Assembly (NCBI GenBank): GCA_902628045.1
Contig: CACOLU010000005.1
Coordinates: forward strand, 1-63,150
Direction: 5' to 3'
Length of the DNA stretch: 63,150 nt
Source of the DNA: an uncultured Candidatus Actinomarina sp.
Lineage (GTDB): Bacteria > Actinomycetota > Acidimicrobiia > Actinomarinales > Actinomarinaceae
Below are positions 17,851-27,293 of the stretch, piece by piece. Numbering within the stretch: the first letter of the stretch is position 1; the number at the start of each line of letters is the position of its first letter. Made by a program: the position numbers and the translations under genes. The notes beneath the pieces are model-generated. The model was not told the origin of the DNA. It made no database searches and worked only from the letters and a program-made list of their open reading frames with translations.

Positions 17851-19082
17851 ATGAAAATTTAAGCAGAAAAGATTTAGAATTAGCGATTCAAAAAACTAGA
17901 GATTCATTCGACACAGACAAACCAGTTGTTCCTTTTATTGAAGGAGATGGCATAGGTATAGATATTTGGCCTGCTTCACAGAAAGTTTTTGATGCTGCTG
18001 TAGAAAAAGCCTATTCAAATGAAAGAAAGATTGATTGGCAAGAAGTGCTTGCTGGTCAAAAAGCATTTGATAATACAAGTGAATGGTTGCCAGATAAGAC
18101 AATTGAAATGTTTGATCAGTTTGGAATTGGCATCAAGGGTCCTCTTACAACACCAGTAGGAGGAGGAATTAGGTCAATCAACGTTGCAATTAGGCAAAAA
18201 TTAGATTTATATGCCTGTTTGAGACCACTTAGATGGTTTGAAGGAGTTGAAACACCTACAAAAAATCCAGGGAATGTAGACATTGCACTATTCCGTGAAA
18301 ATACTGAAGATGTCTATTCAGGGAAAGAATTAGAAATGGACTCTAAAGATGTAGTTAAATTAAATAAATTTTTAAAAAAAGAATTCAATTGGGATATTAG
18401 AAGTGATAGTGGTATTGGAATTAAGCCAATATCAAAGACTGCTTCTGAACGACTAATTCGATCTGCACTAAATTATGCTGTTGAGAATGACAAAAAAAAT
18501 CTGGCCATTGTTCACAAGGGGAACATTATGAAATTTACAGAAGGTGCATTTAGAGCTTGGGGTTATGAATTGGTAAAAAATGAATTTTCTGATGTAGCTG
18601 TTGCTTGGGAAGACTGCAATGGCGATTCGGGAGATAAAATTTTAGTCCAAGATGTTATTGCAGATGCCTTTTTACAACAAATATTAGTTAAACCACATGA
18701 GTTTGATGTTATAGCAACAACAAATTTGAATGGAGATTATGCATCTGATGCTTTAGCTGCACAGATAGGTGGGATTGGAATAAGTCCCGGAGGAAATATA
18801 AATTATGAAAATGGTAAATCAGTTTTTGAGGCTACTCATGGAACCGCACCAAAGTATGCTGGACAGGATAAAGCTAATCCTGGCTCTTTAATATTATCGG
18901 GAGAGATGATGTTTAGATATATGGGGTGGAGTGAAGCTTCAGATCTTATTATTAATGCTATGGAAAAATCAATTAGTGAAGGAAATGTGACCTACGATCT
19001 TGCTAGAGGTCGAACAGATGCTACAACACTATCTTCTTCTGATTTTGCAGCAAGTTTAGTTGAAAATATAGAAAGTTTTTAA
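17847..19082 (+). CDS. icd: NADP-dependent isocitrate dehydrogenase (E. coli/Bacillus homodimeric type)
   Basis: [61 protein letters not shown] (KY suggests NADP preference). Confidence 0.97.
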   Translation: MNENLSRKDLELAIQKTRDSFDTDKPVVPFIEGDGIGIDIWPASQKVFDAAVEKAYSNERKIDWQEVLAGQKAFDNTSEWLPDKTIEMFDQFGIGIKGPLTTPVGGGIRSINVAIRQKLDLYACLRPLRWFEGVETPTKNPGNVDIALFRENTEDVYSGKELEMDSKDVVKLNKFLKKEFNWDIRSDSGIGIKPISKTASERLIRSALNYAVENDKKNLAIVHKGNIMKFTEGAFRAWGYELVKNEFSDVAVAWEDCNGDSGDKILVQDVIADAFLQQILVKPHEFDVIATTNLNGDYASDALAAQIGGIGISPGGNINYENGKSVFEATHGTAPKYAGQDKANPGSLILSGEMMFRYMGWSEASDLIINAMEKSISEGNVTYDLARGRTDATTLSSSDFAASLVENIESF

Positions 19083-19084
19083 AT

Positions 19085-20023
19085 ATGAATAAAGTAACTG
19101 TTGTTGGTGCTGGAAAATATGGTTCTATGACTGCGCTTAGAGTAGCCGAGTATGATCTTGTTGATTCTGTTGTGATGACTGATATTGTCGATGGCCTTCC
19201 CCAAGGACTTGCTCTTGATATGAATCAATCAAGATATGTTGAGAATTTTTCTAGCAAAATAATTGGAACAAATGATTATGAAGATACTTCCGACAGTGAT
19301 GTTGTAGTTATTACGGCAGGCTTACCAAGAAAACCTGGCATGACCAGAATGGATTTGCTTGAAGTTAATGCAAATATAGTTAGTGATGTTACTAAACAAA
19401 TTCTAAATTATTCTGAATCACCGATCATAATTGTTGTTACTAATCCATTAGATCAAATGACAACTCTAGTATCTGAGGTGTCTGGCTTACCTAAAAACAA
19501 AGTAATTGGTCAAGCAGGTGTTTTAGATTCTTCTCGTTTTGCATACTTTATTTCTGAAAAATTAGGAATAAATATGAATGATATTGAAGCGTTAACCCTA
19601 GGAAGTCATGGCGAAACAATGGTTCCAGTTCCTTCGCAATGCAAAGTTTCAGGTAAGCCTCTTAAAGATTTATTAAGCAATGATGAAATTTCAGAATTAG
19701 TTAAAAAGACTTCCGATGGTGGTGCCGAAATTGTTGGCCTACTCAAAACTGGAAGCGCATATTTTGCACCATCTTCTGCTGCAGCAACAATGGTTAAGTC
19801 AATTGTTTCAAATTCTAATGAAATAATGCCTGCATGTTCCTGGGTTAATGGTGAATTTGGTATTAATGAAGTATTTTTAGGAGTTCCAACGATGCTTGGC
19901 TCAAGCGGTGTTACAAAAGTTGTTGAAATTGAACTGCATGAAGATGAGTTAGATGCGCTTAAAACTGCCTCAGAGGCTGTAAAATCTAAGGTAGAAGAAC
20001 TCAATAGCATATTAAGTCAATAA
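19085..20023 (+). CDS. mdh: Malate dehydrogenase (LDH-like tetrameric type)
   Basis: GAGKYG, QGLALD, ITAGLPRKPGMTRMDL, VTNPLD, LDSSR, GSHG, GGAEIVGLLKTGSAYFAP. Confidence 0.97.
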   Translation: MNKVTVVGAGKYGSMTALRVAEYDLVDSVVMTDIVDGLPQGLALDMNQSRYVENFSSKIIGTNDYEDTSDSDVVVITAGLPRKPGMTRMDLLEVNANIVSDVTKQILNYSESPIIIVVTNPLDQMTTLVSEVSGLPKNKVIGQAGVLDSSRFAYFISEKLGINMNDIEALTLGSHGETMVPVPSQCKVSGKPLKDLLSNDEISELVKKTSDGGAEIVGLLKTGSAYFAPSSAAATMVKSIVSNSNEIMPACSWVNGEFGINEVFLGVPTMLGSSGVTKVVEIELHEDELDALKTASEAVKSKVEELNSILSQ

Positions 20024-20142
20024 ATTCAGTCTTTTTTAAAAAAAACTCAATAAATTTAGGATTTTAAGACAAATCATATAAAAAAACTATACTTATTACT
20101 AAGGAGTTTTACAAAAACTCAGTAGAGAAAGGCTAAACAGCT

Positions 20143-20415
20143 ATGAATAAAGATCAATTAGCAAGTGTTGTAGCAGCCGAAGTGGGGTTGTCACAATCTG
20201 ATGCTAAAAGAGCTGTAGAGGCCGTGTTCGATGGCGTAACAAATGGTATGAAGAATGGCGACAAAGTTAGTGTTGCTGGTTTTGGTACTTTTGAGTCAAG
20301 ATACAGGGCTGCAAGACAAGGCAGAAATCCAGCTACAGGAGAAACCATCCAAATTGCTGCGAAGAATGCCCCAGCTTTTAAAGCTGCAAAAGGATTAAAA
20401 GACGCTTTAAACTAA
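20143..20415 (+). CDS. hup: Histone-like DNA-binding protein HU
   Basis: MNKDQL, GFGTFE, ARQGRNPATGETIQI, PAFKA. Confidence 0.98.
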   Translation: MNKDQLASVVAAEVGLSQSDAKRAVEAVFDGVTNGMKNGDKVSVAGFGTFESRYRAARQGRNPATGETIQIAAKNAPAFKAAKGLKDALN

Positions 20416-20435
20416 AAGCACTTTTTATCAAATTT

Positions 20436-20466
20436 GAAAAGACGACGAAAGTCGTCTTTTCTTTTT
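20436..20466. terminator. Bidirectional intrinsic terminator between hup and the sdh-SCP2 operon
   Basis: GAAAAGACGAC-GAAA-GTCGTCTTTTC 11-bp stem with GNRA loop; T-run downstream and A-run upstream. Confidence 0.9.
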
Positions 20467-20740
20467 ATGAAGAAAGAATACTGATATCCCCAGAAATTTT
20501 TACTTTTTCATTGAAAAGAAGATCTTCTGGATGTTTCTTTCCTTCAACAATCAATAATAAGTTTTCAGTAGATATTTTGAATTTCAAAAACCTGTTATCT
20601 TCAGCTGGTTTGTTTATTGGTTTGCAGCTATCAAGATTATATATTTTGTCAATATCTGTAATTTCAAAATATATTGATTTTAAATCAATATTACTATCGA
20701 CAAGATTATTTTTGAATTGATTAAGGATATCTTCAATCAA
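20465..20740 (-). CDS. SCP2 sterol/lipid-binding-domain-like small protein
   Basis: C-terminal ISTENLLLIVEGKKHPEDLLFNEKVKISGD matches the SCP2 pattern. TTGA overlap with the sdhB stop. Confidence 0.6.
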   Translation of the reverse strand: MIEDILNQFKNNLVDSNIDLKSIYFEITDIDKIYNLDSCKPINKPAEDNRFLKFKISTENLLLIVEGKKHPEDLLFNEKVKISGDISILSS

Positions 20741-21432
20741 TTGATTGTGAGTGTTTGTCTTTTAACATCTTCTATAGCTTTAGTAACTTGTATACCACGA
20801 GGACAAGCTGACGTACAATTGAATGCAGTTCTACATCTAAATGCACCATCTACATCTTTTAATATTTCAAGTCTTTGTTTAGAAGCATTATCTCTGGAAT
20901 CAAAAACAAACCTATGTGCATTTACAATCGCTGCCGGTCCCACATAGGTATCAGCAGTCCAAAAAACAGGACAGCTTGTTGTACATGCGGCACACAGTAT
21001 ACATTTTGTAGTATCTTCAAACCTATCTCTATCTTCTGGAGACTGAAGCCTTTCTCTTTCACCAGGCTCAGCATCATTTACAAGATAAGGCATTACTTTT
21101 TTGTATGAATCAAAAAAAGAATCCATATTTACTACTAAATCTTTTACAACAGGTAAACCTCTGATAGGTTCAATTTTAATTGGTGTACTGACTTCTTTGA
21201 CAAGAACCTGACAAGCAAGCATATTTTCGCCATTTACAACCATGGCATCAGATCCACATACTCCATGAGCGCAGGACCTTCTAAATGCTAAACTTCCATC
21301 GTCGAACCATTTTACTTTGTGAAGTAAGTCTAATATTCTTTCATCAGGATCAGCTTCTAGAATGTATTCTTCCCAATGACCTTTTCTATCAGTCTCAGGA
21401 TTGTATCTCAAAATATTAACTTTGACATCCAT
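20737..21432 (-). CDS. sdhB: Succinate dehydrogenase iron-sulfur subunit
   Basis: FRRSCAHGVCGSDA, CILCAACTTSCP, CRTAFNCTSACP. Confidence 0.97.
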   Translation of the reverse strand: MDVKVNILRYNPETDRKGHWEEYILEADPDERILDLLHKVKWFDDGSLAFRRSCAHGVCGSDAMVVNGENMLACQVLVKEVSTPIKIEPIRGLPVVKDLVVNMDSFFDSYKKVMPYLVNDAEPGERERLQSPEDRDRFEDTTKCILCAACTTSCPVFWTADTYVGPAAIVNAHRFVFDSRDNASKQRLEILKDVDGAFRCRTAFNCTSACPRGIQVTKAIEDVKRQTLTIN

Positions 21433-23174
21433 TAGTACTTTCTTTCCTTAGGTTCATAATTTCCAAGTTCAACATCTTTATATTCTAGCTTAACGGACGC
21501 ATCATTTTTAAATGCAAATGAATGCTTAAGCCAGTTTTTGTCATCTCTTTCAACGTGATCGACCCTTGAGTGAGCTCCTCTACTTTCTTTTCTATGAAGT
21601 GCACTCGCAACAGTTGTATCTGACATATCAAGTAAATACTCAAGTTCAATTGCTTCCAAAAGCTCTGTGTTAAAAACTTTTCCTTTATCTGAAATAGTAA
21701 CGTTTTGATATCTATCACGTAGGTCTGTAAGTATTTTTGTTTGTTTTTCTAAACTTTCCTCTGTTCTAAATATTTTGGCATTTTCCTCCATAGTATCTTG
21801 TAATTCTTCTCGAATTCTTGGGACTGAAAATTCTAAGTTGTGATCTTTGTCCATTAAGTTTTCTATTTTATTTGTTAAGTCCTCTGCAGCATTTTCAGAG
21901 AGTGCCATAGGTTTAGTAGAAGAAACATAATCAACCATGCTTTGACCTGCCCTTTTACCAAAAACTACTATATCTAGTAGTGAATTTGTTCCTAATCTAT
22001 TTGCGCCGTGTACACTTACACATGCTGATTCGCCAGCAGAATACACTCCAGGAAGGACAGTGCCAGTGGCATCACTTAAAACCCTTGCATTAACATCAGT
22101 TGGAATACCTCCCATGGCGTAATGTGCAGTTGGTTGTACTGGAATTGGCTCATTAATAGGTTCAATTTTTACGTACGTTCTTACAAAATCAGTTATGTCA
22201 GGAAGTTTTTGTTTGATTGTTTCAGCGCCAAGGTGTGTTAAGTCTAGATATACAAAATCATTATTTGGGCCCGCACCATTTCCCTCACTAATTTCTGTGG
22301 CAATTGCACGAGAAACCATATCTCTTGGAGCCAAGTCTTTGATAGAGGGCGCATATCTCTCCATAAATCTTTCACCATCTTTATTCCTTAAAATACCACC
22401 CTCTCCACGTGCAGCTTCTGACAACAATATTCCTAGTCTATATATCCCAGTAGGGTGGAATTGATAAAATTCCATATCTTCAAGAGGAATCCCTTTTTGA
22501 TATAAAATCCCAGGACCATCTCCAGTGAGTGAATGAGCATTCGAGCTAACTTTATAAATTTTTCCAAAACCTCCAGTTGCAAAAGTTACTGCTCTAGCTT
22601 CAAAAATATGAATATTGCCTGTTGCAATTTCATATGCAATAACACCTTTACAAACTCCATCATCAATTTTTATATCTAATACTTGAAACTCATCAAAAAA
22701 AGTAACACCCATTGATACGCACTTTTGATACAAAGTTTGTAAAATCATGTGACCCGTTCTGTCGGCAGCATAGCAAGCCCTGAAGGCCGGCGCCTCACCT
22801 TCTTTTACAGTATGACCACCAAACCTTCTTTGCGCTATTTTTCCATTTTCTAATCTGCTAAAAGGCAAGCCCCAGTGTTCTAACTCAACAACAGAATCTA
22901 TTGCTTCTTTGCAAAGAATATCTACAGCAGGTTGATCTGCTAAGTAATCAGAACCCTTAACCGTATCAAATGCATGCCAATTCCAATTATCTTCTTCTAC
23001 ATTCGCTAGAGCGGCACTCATGCCACCTTGAGCAGCTCCGGTATGTGATCTGGTAGGGTAAAGTTTTGTAATCACTGCAAGCTTCATGTGAGGAGCTGCC
23101 TCAATCGCTGCCCTTAAACCTGCTCCACCTGCTCCAACAATTACACCATCAAATGAATGCTTTATTACCTTCAT
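21432..23174 (-). CDS. sdhA: Succinate dehydrogenase flavoprotein subunit
   Basis: GAGGAG, RSHTGAAQGG, QFHPTG, SEAARGEGG, HYAMGG, HGANRLGTNS, RKESRGAH. True start is ATG 23174 (ATGA overlap with sdhD, SD GAGGG), not the 58-codon upstream extension. Confidence 0.97.
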   Translation of the reverse strand: MKVIKHSFDGVIVGAGGAGLRAAIEAAPHMKLAVITKLYPTRSHTGAAQGGMSAALANVEEDNWNWHAFDTVKGSDYLADQPAVDILCKEAIDSVVELEHWGLPFSRLENGKIAQRRFGGHTVKEGEAPAFRACYAADRTGHMILQTLYQKCVSMGVTFFDEFQVLDIKIDDGVCKGVIAYEIATGNIHIFEARAVTFATGGFGKIYKVSSNAHSLTGDGPGILYQKGIPLEDMEFYQFHPTGIYRLGILLSEAARGEGGILRNKDGERFMERYAPSIKDLAPRDMVSRAIATEISEGNGAGPNNDFVYLDLTHLGAETIKQKLPDITDFVRTYVKIEPINEPIPVQPTAHYAMGGIPTDVNARVLSDATGTVLPGVYSAGESACVSVHGANRLGTNSLLDIVVFGKRAGQSMVDYVSSTKPMALSENAAEDLTNKIENLMDKDHNLEFSVPRIREELQDTMEENAKIFRTEESLEKQTKILTDLRDRYQNVTISDKGKVFNTELLEAIELEYLLDMSDTTVASALHRKESRGAHSRVDHVERDDKNWLKHSFAFKNDASVKLEYKDVELGNYEPKERKY

Positions 23175-23569
23175 ACTTCCCTCACGAAGGCCACTAATAC
23201 ATAAGTTCCTAATATAAAAAAAGCAGTTGATGTAAAGTACAATCCATACAAAGCAAGTTGTCGGAATGTTTTGTTTGCGATATTGTCGTGCATCACAATT
23301 CGGAGCCCGTTTGTTCCGTGGAGGATACTTAATGTTAATAAAAGCCAATCAAATGTTCTCCAGTAAGGGGTATCCCATCTTGCTGCTACAAATTCGTAAT
23401 CCAAGTTGAGTGTGTCATTAAAAACATGCATTATAAACATATGACCTGCAGCCAAAAGAACAAGAAATAAACCACTAATTCTCATAAAAAACCAAGCATA
23501 TAATTCAAAGTTAGTACCACCAATAGGCGGTGTTCTTCTTCCCCAATCAGTTCTTTTTACCGACTTCAT
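23171..23569 (-). CDS. sdhD: Succinate dehydrogenase hydrophobic anchor subunit
   Basis: WFFMRISG, GHMFIMH, FVAARW..PYWRTFD, LHGTNGLR. ATGA overlap with sdhC. Confidence 0.93.
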   Translation of the reverse strand: MKSVKRTDWGRRTPPIGGTNFELYAWFFMRISGLFLVLLAAGHMFIMHVFNDTLNLDYEFVAARWDTPYWRTFDWLLLTLSILHGTNGLRIVMHDNIANKTFRQLALYGLYFTSTAFFILGTYVLVAFVREV

Positions 23570-24027
23570 TTTGTTTTCCAATCTGGCAGTGGCCTGATCA
23601 TACAGTCAACAATGGTTGTTCCTGCTGAACTTTTTTCTAAGCACAGTTCAAAGTAAGAATCTATCATTTTATATGTTGTAGGAACAAATATTGCAATAAA
23701 AACTATCATCGCAGAAATATTTAATGCTTTTTGGTAGTCAGATCCTTTACTCCAGAGATCAACAGCGATAATTCTTAAGCCATTGATTGCATGAGCCAGA
23801 ACAGCTGCCATAAGCCCAACTTCTCCAATACGAAAATAAAAATTTTTGTAAATAGCTTCTGCGCCTTCATATATTTCTGGACCTGCAAGTATTAATGCAG
23901 TTGATATGATGTGAAGTAAAAGATAACCAAATAGTGCTACTCCTGTAATCCTATGAAATAGGTACAACCACATACCGGTTCTACCTTTATAAACAGAACC
24001 AGTAGAAACAATATCTTGATAAGCCAT
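23566..24027 (-). CDS. sdhC: Succinate dehydrogenase cytochrome b556 subunit
   Basis: YKGRTGMWLYLFHRITG, LLLHI-like helix, HAINGLRIIAVDLW. Confidence 0.93.
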   Translation of the reverse strand: MAYQDIVSTGSVYKGRTGMWLYLFHRITGVALFGYLLLHIISTALILAGPEIYEGAEAIYKNFYFRIGEVGLMAAVLAHAINGLRIIAVDLWSKGSDYQKALNISAMIVFIAIFVPTTYKMIDSYFELCLEKSSAGTTIVDCMIRPLPDWKTK

Positions 24028-24082
24028 AAGTTATTATCCTATATTACCAAAATAACTATTAATTATTTAGACAATTCACCCC

Positions 24083-24111
24083 TTGACAATAAAGAATAGG
24101 GGTAATAAATT
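24083..24111 (+). promoter_or_regulatory. Sigma70-type promoter for whiB
   Basis: TTGACA (24083-24088), 17-nt spacer, TAAATT (24106-24111); SD AAGGAG before GTG 24143. Confidence 0.65.
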
Positions 24112-24142
24112 ACACTTATGTAATTTACATTAAGGAGATAGG

Positions 24143-24424
24143 GTGGAGCTAAAAATTATAGATGAGTTGATTGGCGGAATGCCTTCTTGGACCGAAGAAG
24201 CGAATTGTAAAGGTGCAGACGCAGATCTATTTTTTCCCGAAAGAGGAGCCTCCACAAGAAAAGCAAAAGCTATATGTAGAGCTTGTACAGTACAAGATGA
24301 GTGTCTTGAATATGCAGTTGAACAATCAGAAAAGTTTGGTATTTGGGGTGGCCTTTCTGAAAGAGAAAGAAGACGTATCAAAAGACAACGTGCAGCTGAG
24401 TTTGACGTTAGAGATGTAGGTTAA
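24143..24424 (+). CDS. whiB: WhiB-family Fe-S transcriptional regulator (WhiB/WhiB2-like)
   Basis: Four Cys (ANC..., ICRAC, EC), LFFPERG, FGIWGGLSERERR. Confidence 0.97.
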   Translation: MELKIIDELIGGMPSWTEEANCKGADADLFFPERGASTRKAKAICRACTVQDECLEYAVEQSEKFGIWGGLSERERRRIKRQRAAEFDVRDVG

Positions 24425-24876
24425 ATTCCAAAACTTTCTGAGTATTCGCTAAAGTCTCTTTCAACACCTATTTCATCACTCTTTATTATTTCAGTGATTA
24501 CATTTTCTTCATTTGTAATAAATGTATATCTCAAAGATATACCGGCACCATCATGAAAACATCCAAATTTTTTAGCTGCTTCACCATGTGGCCAAAAATC
24601 AGATAAAATAGGAAACTCAATATTGTAATGTGCAGCCCAAGCTCTGTTGGTAGGACTTGCACCTACTGTTACTAGTACTGTATTTGTATCTTCTTTTATG
24701 AAAGATTCTTGATAATCTCTTAATTCACAGATTTCTTTGTCACAAACACTACTAAAAGGAAATGGCATAAAGACAAACATTGTTTTTTGACCTAAAAAGT
24801 CTTTGTCGCTATATTTCGTTTTGTCGTGATTGTATAATTCAAATTCTGGTATTTGGTCTCCGATATTTAATGACAT
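24421..24876 (-). CDS. Peroxiredoxin, AhpE/BCP-like
   Basis: LNIGDQIPEFEL, PFPFSSVC (PxxxSxxC), ILSDFWPHGEAAKKFG. SD AAAGGA supports ATG 24876. Confidence 0.9.
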   Translation of the reverse strand: MSLNIGDQIPEFELYNHDKTKYSDKDFLGQKTMFVFMPFPFSSVCDKEICELRDYQESFIKEDTNTVLVTVGASPTNRAWAAHYNIEFPILSDFWPHGEAAKKFGCFHDGAGISLRYTFITNEENVITEIIKSDEIGVERDFSEYSESFGI

Positions 24877-24919
24877 ATGCATATCCTTTCTTAATAAGTC
24901 AATGTTAGCCAAGTTAAAT

Positions 24920-25960
24920 TTAAATAGGAGGTAACGAAGTTCTCGCTGCCCAAGAAATTGGATCTTCAATTTCTGAAGATGAAGGAATAAGATCAATATC
25001 TGACAATATATCAAGTGTGGAATATTGACTTTCACTTTCTTTTAGATAGTTTATGAAACTTTCTGATTTTTCATCATAATTTGAGATCTTGTTTTCAAAA
25101 TCATTGATATTTTCATCCGTTCCAACTAGATCTAAATCTGCGACTAAATTTATAATGCTGGGATCTATATAGTTTAAAAAATCTTTAGTAGTACTTTTTA
25201 TTACTTGTCTATAAAAACTTAATGGTGCAAAAATTGAATCAAATATTGAATCAAAGTTTAGATTGTTTAACTCTGGTATATTTGAAAATATTTCTTCTGG
25301 ATTTGAAAAACTCGTAGGATCTATATCTGGTTTCATTTCATCTAAGCTTTCAATTAGGCTCTCGTTACTCTTTTTCATTTGTTCAAGCACGAATAAAAAA
25401 GGAGCATTAAACTTTCCTAAAGCCAGCGAGATAAATTCTAAAGCCATTAACGCCATTGTGGCCTCTTTATCATCAACTTCAAATTTAGTAATTCTTGATT
25501 CAAAATTTAATTTATTGATTGCAAGACTTTTACTTCTAGGGAGAATTATTCCAAAATGACTAAGCCCCCAAGTATTTTTACTGAGGAATCCAGAGATATT
25601 TCCTAGCTGCATACCGATTAAAGATGACTGTGCACCACCTAAATTGAATGGACCAGAACTAGATATATTTAAATTACTAAAGTCAAAATGCTTTACTGAC
25701 TCTAAGAACCAATTTCCATATTCTTTAGAATTTAGTATTCTCAAATTTTCGATATTTTCATACGGAACGTCTAGAGACTGATTGTTTAGCTGGATTGCCC
25801 TAAAGATTTCATCATAATTCATCTCGCTATTTGAAAATAAAAAATTTTCTTCAGTTTCTTTATTGATGTGGTTATTTATTTGAGAAGCTAAATTCCAATT
25901 TACGTCATCATCGTCATTATTAAATAAATTAAATAGTTGAGAAAAAATATCGTCAGACAT
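24920..25960 (-). CDS. Actinobacterial zincin-like protein (DUF2342 / Zincin_2 type) with degenerate metal motif
   Basis: N-terminal DDDDVNWNLASQI, LIGMQLGNISGFLS..., then ALMALEFIS where HExxH is expected. Position matches the Rv3195-type neighbourhood. Confidence 0.55.
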   Translation of the reverse strand: MSDDIFSQLFNLFNNDDDDVNWNLASQINNHINKETEENFLFSNSEMNYDEIFRAIQLNNQSLDVPYENIENLRILNSKEYGNWFLESVKHFDFSNLNISSSGPFNLGGAQSSLIGMQLGNISGFLSKNTWGLSHFGIILPRSKSLAINKLNFESRITKFEVDDKEATMALMALEFISLALGKFNAPFLFVLEQMKKSNESLIESLDEMKPDIDPTSFSNPEEIFSNIPELNNLNFDSIFDSIFAPLSFYRQVIKSTTKDFLNYIDPSIINLVADLDLVGTDENINDFENKISNYDEKSESFINYLKESESQYSTLDILSDIDLIPSSSEIEDPISWAARTSLPPI

Positions 25961-27161
25961 CAGAAGGTCGTAGATCCAACTCAAAAACAAGCATTATTGT
26001 TTGTGAGTTTCTAAGTATTTCTATTTCAACAGTATCACCGGCTCGTTTTTGCCTTAATACTGTAATTAAACCATCTAATGTTTTTACATTTATTCCATTA
26101 ATTTTTTTGATAATGTCACCAGGCAGTGCCCCGGCTTTTCCGATTGCAAATACTTCATTTCCTGGACCATAAAGTTCCTGAATTATGACTCCAGAGAATA
26201 CCCTTGCTCCATCGTCTGCAATGTCAAAATGTTGTGCGCCTAAAATTCCAAGAAAAGCGTGTAAAATGTTTCCATCTTTAAGTAGATCATCTGCTATTCC
26301 TAGCGCTAAATTAACTGGAACAGCAAATCCTAATCCTTCTGCACCCACATCAGCAGTAGCAATTGCAGTAGTTATGCCAATCAATTCTCCATTACTATTA
26401 ATTAAGGCACCTCCACTTGAACCTCTTGTTATAGGAGCATCGGTCTGAATCAAGCCAAATAAGGTAACTCCAGAATTCATTACTTCTCCGCCTACGTCTA
26501 GCCTTCTTTCTAGCGCTGAAACAACCCCAGTGGTTACAGTAGGTGCAGCACCCAAAGTTAATGGGTGGCCAATAGCAACTGCAAGGTCACCAACCTTGAG
26601 AGCTTCACTATTACCGATTGATATTGGAACTAAATTTGATGCAGTAATTTTTAACAATCCAATATCTGTTAGTCTATCGGATCCAATGATCTCACTTTCA
26701 TACATTCTCCCATCTTCAAAGATAACCCTTACTTGTGTTGAGTTGTCGATAACATGGTGGTTAGTCATTATTAAACCGTCTTCGGATATAACAACTCCTG
26801 ATCCTCCACCATTGGGTAAAAATTCTCCATCTTCTGAGATATTTCCAACTTGAACTTGAACAATTGTTTTTGTAGCTAGCTCAGCTATTGATACTATTTC
26901 TGTTGAGTCTACTCTTGGCATTACTAATTCTTTTTCAGTAATAGTTTCTGTTATTGTTACCGGTTCCGGAATGACAATCTCTTCTTCGTCAAACAACCCA
27001 AACAAAAATAAAAATGATAGAACTATTCCACTTGAAATTAATGAGGCCCCAAAAATAATATTTATAGAGCTTTTTTCTTTGTCAGATTTTTTTTCAATCA
27101 AATCAGAAATGTATTGTTCCTGTTCAAATAGTTCTTGTTGAGAAAAATTATCATCGTCCAT
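25953..27161 (-). CDS. htrA: HtrA/DegP-family membrane serine protease with PDZ domain
   Basis: TM helix, GSGVVI, TNHHV (His), DIGLL (Asp), IQTDAPITRGSSGGAL (Ser), C-terminal PDZ (LPGDIIKKING). Confidence 0.93.
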   Translation of the reverse strand: MDDDNFSQQELFEQEQYISDLIEKKSDKEKSSINIIFGASLISSGIVLSFLFLFGLFDEEEIVIPEPVTITETITEKELVMPRVDSTEIVSIAELATKTIVQVQVGNISEDGEFLPNGGGSGVVISEDGLIMTNHHVIDNSTQVRVIFEDGRMYESEIIGSDRLTDIGLLKITASNLVPISIGNSEALKVGDLAVAIGHPLTLGAAPTVTTGVVSALERRLDVGGEVMNSGVTLFGLIQTDAPITRGSSGGALINSNGELIGITTAIATADVGAEGLGFAVPVNLALGIADDLLKDGNILHAFLGILGAQHFDIADDGARVFSGVIIQELYGPGNEVFAIGKAGALPGDIIKKINGINVKTLDGLITVLRQKRAGDTVEIEILRNSQTIMLVFELDLRPSDV

Positions 27162-27293
27162 ATATCTAATGATAAATAGGCAATAATTGTAACTAATATT
27201 TGTAAGCAAAATTTTTACAAGGTTTCATGCTAATTTTTTTAAATTTTGTATAGGTTGAAAAAATTTACATGATTACTTAGAGTTATTAAGTAA

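Noticed and set aside
23175-23348. 58-codon N-terminal extension of sdhA, and similar extensions on pheA, prx, htrA, rph, rdgB, cimA and the 55341 ORF
   Set aside because: They overlap upstream genes or promoters and have no family-like sequence; better starts with coupling or an SD exist.
27187-27220. TTGTAA-N9-TTACAA palindrome in the htrA/livF divergent region
   Set aside because: Could be an operator, but it is a 6-bp AT-rich inverted repeat expected by chance, and no cognate regulator is nearby.
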